DNA of 45,222 bases from Macrostomum lignano (taxonomy: Eukaryota): contig NIVC01000766.1 in the NCBI GenBank assembly GCA_002269645.1, positions 1 through 45,222 on the forward strand, written 5' to 3'. Below, piece by piece: positions 35,455 through 45,222 of this stretch (its first letter is position 1; every line of letters begins with the position of its first letter). The notes beneath the pieces are model-generated. The model was not told where the DNA came from. It did not search any database and saw only the letters and a list, made by a program, of their open reading frames with translations. The position numbers and the translations under genes were made by a program.

Positions 35455-37425
35455 AGTCTCAGAGTTGGAGACGATTCTCAGAGTTGGAGACGATTCTCAG
35501 GGTTGGAGACGATTCTCAGAGTTGGAGACGATTCTCAGAGTTGGAGACGATTCTCAGGGTTGGAGACGATTCTCAGAGTTGGAGACGATTCTCAGGGTTG
35601 AAGACGATTCTCAGAGTTGGAGACGATTCTCAGGGTTAGAGACGATTCTCAGGGTTGGAGACGATTCTCAGGGTTAGAGACGATTCTCAGGGTTAGAGAC
35701 GATTCTCAGGGTTGGAGACGATTCTCAGAGTTGGAGACGATTCTCAGAGTTGGAGACGATTCTCAGGGTTGGAGACGATTCTCAGAGTTGGAGACGATTC
35801 TCAGAGTTGGAGACGATTCTCAGGGTTGGAGACGATTCTCAGAGTTGGAGACGATTCTCAGGGTTGGAGACGATTCTCAGAGTTGGAGACGATTCTCAGG
35901 GTTGGAGACGATTCTCAGGGTTGGAGACGATTCTCAGAGTTGGAGACGATTCTCAGGGTTGGAGACGATTCTCAGAGTTGGAGACGATTCTCAGGGTTGA
36001 AGACGATTCTCAGAGTTGGAGACGATTCTCAGAGTTGGAGACGATTCTCAAAGAGTTGGGGACGATTCTCAGAGTTGGGGACGATTCTTAAAGAGTTGGG
36101 GACGATTCTCAGAGTTGGGGACGATTCTCAAAGAGTTGGGGACGATTCTCAGAGTTGGGGAAGATTCTCAAAGAGTTGGGGACGATTCTCAAAGAGTTGG
36201 GGACGATTCTCAGAGTTGGAGACGATTTTAAGGGTTGGAGACGATTCTCAGGGTTGGAGACGATTCTCAAAGAGTTGGGGACGATTCTCAAAGAGTTGGG
36301 GACGATTCTCAAAGAGTTAGAGACGATTCTCAGAGTTGGGGACGATTCTCAAAGAGTTGGGGACGATTCTCAAAGAGTTGGGGACGATTCTCAGAGTTGG
36401 GGACGATTCTCAAAGAGTTGGGGACGATTCTCAAAGAGTTGGGGACGATTCTCACAGAGTTGGGGACGATTCTCAGAGTTGGGGACGATTCTCAAAGAGT
36501 TGGGGACGATTCTCAAAGAGTTGGGGACGATTCTCAGAGAGTTGGGGACGATTCTCAAAGAGTTGGGGACGATTCTCAGAGTTGGAGACGATTTTCAGGT
36601 TGGAGACGATTCTCAGGGTTAGAGACGATTCTCAAAGAGTAGGGGACGATTCTCAGAGTTGGGGACGACTCTCAAAGAGTTGGAGACGATTCTCAGAGTT
36701 GGGGACGATTCTCAAAGAGTTGGGGACGATTCTCAGAGTTGGGGACGATTCTCAAAGAGTTGGGGACGATTCTCAGAGTTGGAGACGATTCTCAAAGAGT
36801 TGAGGACGATTCTCAGAGTTGGGGACGATTCTCAAAGAGTTGGGGACGATTCTCAAAGAGTTGGGGACGATTCTCAGAGTTGGGGACGTTTCTCAGGGTT
36901 GGAGACGATTCTCAAAGAGTTGAGGACGATTCTCAGAGTTGGGGACGATTCTCAAAGAGTTGGGGACGATTCTCAGAGTTGGGGACGATTCTCAGAGAGT
37001 TGGGGACGATTCTCAAAGAGTTGGAGACGATTCTCAGAGTTGGAGACGATTTTCAGGGTTGGAGACGATTCTCAGGGTTGGAGACGATTCTCAAAGAGTA
37101 GGGGACGATTCTCAGAGTTGGGGACGATTCTCAAAGAGTTGGAGACGATTCTTAGAGTTGGGGACGATTCTCAAAGAGTTGGGGACGATTCTCAGAGTTG
37201 GGGACGATTCTCAAAGAGTTGGGGACGATTCTCAAAGAGTTGGGGACGATTCTCAGAGTTGGGGACGATTCTCAAAGAGTTGGGGACGATTCTCAAAGAG
37301 TTGGGGACGATTCTCAAAGAGTTGAGGACGATTCTCAGAGTTGGGGACGATTCTCAGAGAGTTGGGGACGATTTTCAAAGAGTTGGGGACGATTCTCAAA
37401 GAGTTGGGGACGATTCTCAAAGAGT
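35455..37425. repeat. 19/21-bp minisatellite (GGAGACGATTCTCAGAGTT / GGGGACGATTCTCAAAGAGTT) filling a MATH-BTB intron
   Basis: About 100 units occupying about 96% of intron 35429-37486. Confidence 0.97.
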
Positions 37426-37486
37426 TAATTATTATGCCATTGCCTCAGAAGAAGCAATTTCAAAAATAAAAAACGCAAAAGCGCAC

Positions 37487-38047
37487 CTGAACGCAGCGGA
37501 CGCACTTGGACTGGACAGCGGGCGCATCGTAGAACCTGGCCAGAACAGCAAGTTCGGCCACACAGAATAGACTGACTCGAACTCCGGAGCACGGCTGCAA
37601 CAATGACAGGAAGCTGTGCAAATCTCTCGGATGAGGCGGCGGCTCCGGCAGCGCCAGGCTCAATAGTCGAGAGTCGAATTTTGAGCATTCAGAAGCGGCG
37701 TCCGTGGAGGCAGCGGCGGCAGCAGCCCGGCTGTGGGCTCGGAACATGGCGGCATCAGCGTAGAAGCGATGCTTGGGCAGGTCCAGGCAGAGCAGACGCT
37801 GAGACGGACCGTCTGGCGGCGGGGGGACGAGGTGACTGACGGAGCAGTCGGACACGCTGGGGACGAGAGTCTCGCTGGCTGAGCGAACGTGCAGCGTCAG
37901 GGACAGCGGCAAGCAGGGCTCGTGACTGCGATCGGACCGGTTCACGAGGCGGAGGCTGCAGTGGGCGCGCAGATCGGGCCATTGGATTAGCAAGGCCTGG
38001 TCTAGGCAGGGCCGGTCCGTACTCAGCGACTCTTCCGCTTGCAATAC
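37487..38047 (-). CDS. MATH-BTB protein, second exon (end of MATH, BTB domain)
   Basis: GCCCAG|GTA acceptor, CAG|GTGCGC donor, 561 nt open. LLIQWPDL..LSLTLHV resembles the MATH end. HRFYADAAMFRAHS..DLHSFLSLL..VAELAVLARFYDAPAVQSKC resembles a BTB domain. Confidence 0.75.
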
Positions 38048-38089
38048 CTGGGCGCGTTGGAGAGACTTTGGCTGCTTATGTTTGATTAT

Positions 38090-38200
38090 CGGATTATCGG
38101 ATTGTGGATCTGGATTATCGGATTGGGGATCTGGATTATCGGATTTGGGATCTGGATTATCGGATTTGGGATTTGGATTATCGGACTTGGGATCTTAGTT
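38090..38200. repeat. 21-bp repeat (GGATTATCGGATTTGGGATCT), about 5 copies
   Basis: Direct reading; in the second visible MATH-BTB intron. Confidence 0.85.
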
Positions 38201-38304
38201 TTCAAATGAAGGATCTGGATTCCTTTTACATTTGGATTATGGTTACGGAATCTAGATAAATAAATTAAAGATCAATAAATCCACCCCCAATAAGCCGCTC
38301 TAAC

Positions 38305-38592
38305 CAGACAGTTGGCAAAGCGCAGCGCTATATTGGCTCTCAGGCGCCACACTCGCGCCCGGCGCGGCCGCAGCCGCAATCGACAACGCAACGCGTGCCC
38401 GGCGCCAGATCCGGAGCGGCGCAGAGTCAGGCTGAAAGTGAAAAATTTGCCAAACAGAGTCGGCGGCAGATCCGGCAAGGTCAACTCGCTGCCCGGATGC
38501 GACAGGCTCTCGAATGAGCGGAACCAGGGGCAGAGGAACTCGCTCCTGTGCGGATCGAAGTCGTTGACATGCTGCACCGGCGGTCGCCACTC
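38305..38592 (-). CDS. MATH-BTB protein, first visible coding exon (N-terminal part of a MATH/TRAF-like domain)
   Basis: TTTGCAG|GAG acceptor and CTG|GTTAGA donor, both phase 0. WFRSFESL..LFGKFFTFSLTL..VWRLRANIALRFAN follows the MATH beta-strand pattern. No in-frame ATG; in-frame TGA just upstream of the acceptor. Confidence 0.6.
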
Positions 38593-38684
38593 CTGCAAAG
38601 TTCAATTGGTGACGATTTTTGTTATATTAAATTCAGTAAGAGATTGCGAGTTTGCACCTGCAACCCTATTCTCCACCCGAATCC

Positions 38685-38955
38685 TAAAACCCCAAAACCT
38701 TACCTGAACCCTGAAACCTCACCTGAACCTTAAAATCTCACCTGAATTCTAAAACCTCACCTGAACCCTAAAATCTCACCTGAATTCTAAAACCTCACCT
38801 GAATTCTAAAACCTCACCTAAACCTTAAAATCTCACCTGAACCCTGAAACCTCACCTGAACCCTAAAACCCCACCTGAACCCTAAAACCTCAACTGAACC
38901 CTAAAACCCTACCAGAACCCTAAAACCTTAACTCTAAAACCTTACCTGAACCCTC
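38685..38955. repeat. 19-bp minisatellite (CCTGAACCCTAAAACCTCA)
   Basis: About 13 copies. Confidence 0.9.
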
Positions 38956-39339
38956 TTTACACACAGACACACATCGTGACATCACATACCCATGGCAACT
39001 GTACATCCCAAAAATCCTAATCCTAGCTTCAAAATGAGAAAAATTGATTTTTCAAAGTTAATAACTTCATGTAGCAAACTACCATGACTACTACCAAACG
39101 AAAAGTAAAATATGTATCAACGACTTCAAAACGATTTCATTTACAGAATAAGTTTATTTACAATAAAAATAACAATATTTATTTAGGAAAGCTGTTACTA
39201 ACACAAATAGAACAATTTTTCACATATAGTTGGTTGATAAAACTTAACAAATTTACAACATTATACATTAAACACTTAAAATAACATTTATTAACAAAAC
39301 TAATGTGATTAACAAGAAAAATTCAATCTAGCTAATTAA

Positions 39340-39700
39340 GTTTGGGACTGGGACTTCAAGACACACATATTCTGATTGCTTGGATTCGGGACTCTGGACT
39401 TCAAGACACGGATTCTGATTGTTTGGATTTGGGACTTCAACACACACGGATTCTAATTGCTTGGATTCGGGACTGGGACTTCAAGACACAAGGATTCTGA
39501 CTGCTTGGATTTCGGACTCGGGACTGAGGATTTCAACACACACGGATTCTAATTGCTTGGATTCGGGACTCGGGACCGAGGACTTCAAGACACACAGATT
39601 CTGATTGCTTGGATTCGGGACTTGGGACCGAGGACTTCAAGACACACAGATTCTGATTGCTTGGATTCGGGACTGGGGACTTTAAGACACACGGATTTCA
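39340..39700. repeat. ~41-49-bp minisatellite (GGATTCTGATTGCTTGGATTCGGGAC..GGACTTCAAGACACAC)
   Basis: About 8 copies. Confidence 0.88.
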
Positions 39701-39789
39701 CTGAATTTTTTTCTTCAGGTCATAAAGCTACAAACTAATTTATAATTCTTCAAGGAACCTTAGCACCAGGTTAAAAATATAGTCGATAA

Positions 39790-39795
39790 TTTATT
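39790..39795 (-). terminator. Polyadenylation signal AATAAA for MZT2
   Basis: AATAAA 13 nt after the MZT2 stop, followed by AT-rich sequence. Confidence 0.55.
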
Positions 39796-39808
39796 TTCAA
39801 GCAGCAAT

Positions 39809-40018
39809 TCATTGCCGTTGTTGCCTCAAGTTAGCTTCCTCTCTGGCCACCGCTTGCAGCACCCCAAACACGGTGGTAGGTGAGCACTGCAGTCTGAGCA
39901 GGCCAAGGAGGTTGCGCAACACCCGAGGATTCAATGGCGTGCCAGCTAGGTAAGCCAGGTTGTAGAGAGCCAACTCTTCCTGTGTGAGCTGCTCAACTCG
40001 CAGTGGTCTGGAGTCCAT
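39809..40018 (-). CDS. MZT2: MOZART2 / mitotic-spindle organizing protein 2 family (gamma-tubulin ring complex microprotein), 69 aa, intronless
   Basis: LTQEELALYNLAYLAGTPLNPRVLRNLLGLLRLQCSPTTVFGVLQAV matches the recalled human MZT2 core (LSTEEMELYELAQAAG..IDPDVFKILVDLLKLNVAPLAVFQMLKSM). True ATG and TGA. Confidence 0.88.
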   Translation of the reverse strand: MDSRPLRVEQLTQEELALYNLAYLAGTPLNPRVLRNLLGLLRLQCSPTTVFGVLQAVAREEANLRQQRQ

Positions 40019-42956
40019 CGAGTTTTAGATTCTTAATAATAATCTGGTCAGCAGATTTAACAACTGTAACTGCAATTTATCAGTTTATAGTTTATCAGCA
40101 ACAATTAGTGAAACACAAGTCGAAGACATTCAACAGAGTCTGCAATTAATTAACCAAGGTAGATACAGTCATTAAGCCAAGTTGACTGTGGCATATTACT
40201 ACTTAAAGCATAAGCCTACCTAAGAAAGTTACCATTTAGAACTCGGAAAAAAATGAAATCACAGGTTATTTAAATTATGAAGTAACTCGTAAAAAAAGCA
40301 AAATGTGTATTTTCTCACACTGGTATATAATATGTGCCAAAAACTGGCCAACCTGACTAAAAGCTTAAATAAGTAAAATTGGCTAAAGTGAAATTTAGAG
40401 GTTGGGCATTTATGCAATGGTAGGCCCTATAGCTAAAATCTAGGCTTTTATATGGGCTTTAACTACCTTTTTATAATGAAAATGTATACAGTCAAGTAAA
40501 GCTAGTTTTTTCTTTCTTTATTGTAGAAAAGCAAAAAGGTGAATTTTATTTTTTTTAAATATAACTTTATAAAATAATAATATATTATTTTTCAATTTTT
40601 AAAGTGAGCTAAATAGTAGATATTGCTCCTTCTAGAGCATTATGGACATACAAATATTAGAGATTTAGTATATTTAGATTATATAGGATCCTGAGCCCAA
40701 TCCCAAAGTTTCAAGATCCAAGGAAAATTGGATTCCCATGGGATTAGAATCCTAACCCTAAAAAATAGGAATTGAGAATATATATTTTGATTGAAAATTT
40801 ACAAAATGAGTGATTACCTGAATGCATTTTGTTTTAACTTATTACTTGTTACTTTTGTTACTTATGTGTATTAGTTCTTATAGTAGTCAATTAATATTAT
40901 ATCTGTTATTGTGTCTCTTCTTTACAACTTGAAATGAGGGACTTATTAACTATTGTTGGTATACTAAAACCTGATCTGATCCCAATCCCCAAACCCTATT
41001 CAGTCCTTAACCTAAGAAAAAAAATATTGATCCTAATCCCACCCAATGTCAATGATTTCAATCCCATCTAACCTCTATTATATAGCCTTTTAGGCTAGCT
41101 GGTTAGACTAGCCAAATGATATTTGTAGCAATAAAACCTTGGCCTTGGCTGGTTTTATGTACACCATAACTAACCATGGGATTTTTAAGCATATTGCATA
41201 TATTATCCACACTATTAGATTATATGGCCAAGATATTTAATAAGGCTGTTATACTTCTATAGAAGTATAGATAGATATAAAAGTCTATTATATCTTGGGT
41301 AATTGGTATAAAGTTATTTTATAATCTTTTAACTTTAAAGACTTCTTGGATACGATAGATTTATAGGATATATAAAATGAAAATTAATTGAATTTTAATA
41401 TTTTAACTGAGAAGATCTATGAACATCAATAGAGTAAATTGTAATAGAGTTGAAATATAATAGGCTTCATTTATACTCTTAGAAAATTCATTTTTTTACT
41501 AATTTGTTATGCTATTCAAATATTAAAAATAGTTTGTATATTCTAAATATTATCATATATTTTCTCTTTAAACAGTAAAGAAAATTTTATTATGAATAAG
41601 AATAGCAGAAAAAATCAAATAAACATGACCATGCTTTTATAACTTAAACTAAGTTTTAATTGAGCTTTGAGCTTTTTAATATCTCTCCAACAATTTTAAT
41701 TTGGAGACAAAATTTATAATTAGCCCTAAGGCTAGTGGTTATTCTTGTGTTATATATTTTTAAATAATAGATTAGAATCTAGATGGTAACATAATAATAG
41801 TAATAGCCTTAAAGACAAAGAGAATAAACTATTGAGAATAAGATTTCTAAATTTAGAAGCCTTATAAATGTATAATTATTTTATTTGTAGTTCACAAATA
41901 AAAGTTTTGCAAAAATGCTAAGAAAAATAAGTTTTGTTTTATTGCTTGAATAAATACATTAATTATTGTTTTGTTTTAAATGTATAGGAAAATTTGCCTA
42001 TATAAAAAAACAAATTTTGCTATGAAATAAACAACCATCTTGCACCCTTGCATAGCTTGACTGCTTGAAGCACTTGGTTCACTATTATTACTCAGAAATT
42101 TGGGAGAGTTAAGAATGACTTAGTCATTTGGGGAAAGGATTCTAAGAAAAGGTTCAAGGAAGTTATAAAAAAGATATTTTGGAAAGCAATACTTAAGAGT
42201 AGTGCCATGACCCTCTGATCTTGGTGAAGCCCAATTGGACTAACTCATGTACTAGTCTATACCATATATGATGTAGTGCAGTAGTACAGAACTATAAAAA
42301 GGTCCTTTAATATTGCAATGCCTCATGGGCCCTGCATGTAAAGCATAACTGCTAGTTGCACACCATGCGCAACTTCCATGGCAGCTGAAAAATGTTCCCA
42401 TGCAGCCGGCATATCTACAAGACTTATGGCTTAAACAAAACTTTGTTAATAGTTTGAGATAATAAAACTTGGATTAATTTATATGAAAGTGACTTGCTTT
42501 ATTTAAGAGATACAATAAAATATATTAAAATATACACAGCATACCATTGTAGGCGGCGTAGGCCTATATAAACTATTATACCCTAATATTTTAATACACT
42601 ATTCTTTTGTATCCGGATACTCAACTATAAGGCAAAAAATTAAAAGATGAACAATGGGTCTAACTCTTAGTCTTAGGTCTATCTATCCAGGATAGAATCT
42701 TTGCATAGAGATGTTGGAACTAAAAAGTTGCATGAATTTTTTACCTTAATACAAAATCATGCAAGCTTCTTTAACAAATAAAAGCTATGCATATATAAAC
42801 CTTTAATTGAAGAGTTATGCAAGTTTGCTAGAAATGTGTGCAAGTGCACAAGCTTTTGTCAATGCACACAGAACACATCTAAGATTTTGTACAAAATTCC
42901 ATCCTGGTATTTTATCAAAAGTATGCCTATACGGCTAAAGGCTATATTATATATAT

Positions 42957-43718
42957 GGTTCCTGGACACTTTGTCATCTTACCACTTCGTCATCCATGGT
43001 TTTTGGATGCTTTGTCATATCAAAAAAATGTTAGTAAATCTAGATGACGAAGTGACCAAATTTTGAAGACACTTCGTCATCCCAAGATTTAGCAACGCTG
43101 TAAATTGTTATTTGATTGTTATTGTTATAAATTGTTACTCAATCATATTAGTCAATTTTGTCTGTTGTCGCTATAATTGGTATCCAATGTACACAATGTA
43201 TATGCAGTTTGCATACGCACACTTTAATGTACAAGTACATACGTAGATACTAGTGCTCATTGTAATTTTGTTCTATGTTCAAACTTGCCAAGCTCTAATA
43301 ATTATTTTTGCTTCCTTGCTAAAGCCTAAAATTGGCATTATCACTTCTACAACCCAGGGGAGGCAACAAAGTATGTGGCCATGGATTTCTCCTTGCTCCA
43401 CCTGCAGAGACTTAACTAACCCTTGAATCACAACCCCATACAATCTGAGCTAGAGTGATGTTACGTAATGGATTTCTCCTTGCTCCATCCTCCATGTATA
43501 TGGATACATGTATAATGTTTAATATTTATCTTTATATAGTTATGTAGTTGCATGTACGAGTATACATGTTACATATAGCAAAGTTTTTCATACAAAAAGT
43601 GGATGACGAAGTGTCCAGGGAGTAGATGACAAAGTGTCCAAATTAGTAAGTAGATGACGAAGTGGTAAGATGACGAAATGTCAAATAATAAGAGTGGATG
43701 ACGAAGTGTCCAGGAACC
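42957..43718. mobile_element. Non-autonomous TIR DNA transposon (762 bp) inserted in a (TA)n run; superfamily unassigned
   Basis: 22-bp TIR GGTTCCTGGACACTT(T/C)GTCATC with one mismatch. About five subterminal GATGACGAAGTG motifs per end. ATATAT flanks on both sides; no coding capacity. Confidence 0.85.
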
Positions 43719-44761
43719 ATATATATAACAGATGGAATCCTACATACAATTTCCAGAATATATTTTTGAAATGTAGGCCTTATTTTTCGAAGTTTCCTGT
43801 CTTTATACTTGAGTAGTCCTTACTATCAACGTACCCAGGCCAGGCTCAAGACAACAAGATGGTCCTGATCTGATCTCAGTGATCTTTAATAAGTCCAAAA
43901 AGTAAGTTAATATTAATCAATTAATGTAGGCCTAGATATATTATAGATCTAGGCAATATACCAACCAAGCCATCGATCTATTCATCTATTCAAGGACTTC
44001 GATTTAGATTATTTGTTTAAAAGCAATGAAATTAAAATCTATGCCTTTATAGGCTTTTTAATAGGCTTATAGCCTTTTTATCATGCAAATGCAACTGTGC
44101 AAGGCGAAGGTTTTCTTAGAATAAAGGTAAAGAATTCGGTATCCAGTCCATCCGGCGACAGGACGATCCGGTGGGGTCGTTCTCAAAACTTCGGTTCAAT
44201 GTAGTATAACAAATCTCAGCAACTTATTAAAATATTGCACTGTCCTGCGACTTTTTAGGAAGTGTTTGTTAACAAAAATAAATAAAAGCAAAGGTTTTAT
44301 ACGGGAAAAATCTAATAAAGAAGCTGTTATCAGCTTTAATATGCCAAATTGAAGTTATCGCGCTGTCAAATCATACGTTTTTGTGAATGAAGCCAATCAA
44401 GTTTTTGCAAAAAGAGTCAATTTTCTTAGCCACAGCAAAAACTTTTGCAGCAATTGTATTTTTAAGAAGTAATGCACATCCTAAATATCCATTTGGTTCC
44501 TTTTCACTGCTTAAGTTGGCTAAATAACATTAAAAATTACGAATTTGTAAATTTCCAAATTCAGACAGCATGTGATAAACCGGTTGATAAATTAATGGAA
44601 ACGAATCTTCATTGAAAATATTTTTATTAGTGAAGCATTAGTTCAAACATTTATGCTTTCAGCCTTATTTAAAGTATAGTCTAGTGTTTAGAAAGCCTTT
44701 CATTAAAAAGTATTTTGATAATTTACAAAAATATCCACTATCAGAGAGCACAGTTTTCATT

Positions 44762-45222
44762 CTATAAGTGCACTATAACTCAGACCTCGAAAATCATTTG
44801 AAAAAAAACTTCACACACATAAGGCACCCATCCTGAGGTGGTGCAAAAGTAATAATTTTAAAAAATTGAATAACCGTATTGGTATAGTAAGCAATAATGT
44901 CAATATTTAAGCATTTTTTTTCATAAATTTAGTCTATAAGTGCAGTATACTCAGACTTGGACAAACAAATCAAGACAAAACTTCACACACATAAAGCATC
45001 CATCCTAAGGTGGTGCAAAAATCACATTTTCTAAAATTTGAATAATTGTATGGGTATAGTAAGCAATAATGTCAATATTTAAGCATTTTTTCATAAATTT
45101 AGTCTATAAGTGCAGTATAACTCAGACTTGGACAAACAAATCAAGACAAAACTTCACACACATAAAGCATCCATCCTAAGGTGGTGCAAAAGTTATACTG
45201 TTTTAAATTTGTGAATAAGTAT
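44762..45222. repeat. ~170-bp AT-rich satellite-like tandem repeat, running off the right edge
   Basis: CTATAAGTGCA..CTCAGAC starts at 44762, 44934 and 45104 (periods 172 and 170). Confidence 0.9.

Noticed and set aside
38685-38955. Interstitial telomere (AACCCTAA-like)
   Set aside because: The period is 19 bp with a non-telomeric CCTCACCTG part, not tandem TTAGGG or TTTAGGG.
40396-41077. Possible hAT element bounded by TAGAGGTT..AACCTCTA
   Set aside because: The inverted match is only 8 bp and the flanks show no target-site duplication.
44370-44625. Nearly open ~85-codon minus-strand frame in AT-rich DNA
   Set aside because: It has one internal stop and no recognisable motif; about one such stretch is expected by chance over six frames of this 5-kb region.

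Overview
Eukaryotic (animal) genomic DNA with GC-rich, CpG-rich exons, GT-AG introns and introns packed with minisatellites. This style resembles a free-living flatworm such as Macrostomum, but the taxon is an inference. Three minus-strand genes can be built from splice sites and reading phase. (1) A divergent Dscam-like receptor has 12 exons from a signal-peptide exon at 30325 down to 986, encoding 9 Ig and 2 FN3 domains, and continues past the left edge. Exons 1-6 are clean, while exons 7-12 (left of about 5.3 kb) carry many 1-bp indels that look like uncorrected long-read errors. (2) A three-exon MATH-BTB protein with a Cys-rich tail (35027-38592) has no in-frame ATG of its own. (3) An intronless minimal MOZART2/MZT2 gene lies at 39809-40018, about 1.2 kb upstream of gene 2 on the same strand. 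The rest comprises more than 25 tandem arrays, three copies of a hAT-type MITE with expanding CT tracts, a tRNA-derived CORE-SINE, a 762-bp TIR element, an AT-rich CpG desert right of 40.3 kb and a ~170-bp satellite at the right edge. All domain calls come from motif recognition by eye, no searches were run, and repeat boundaries are approximate.
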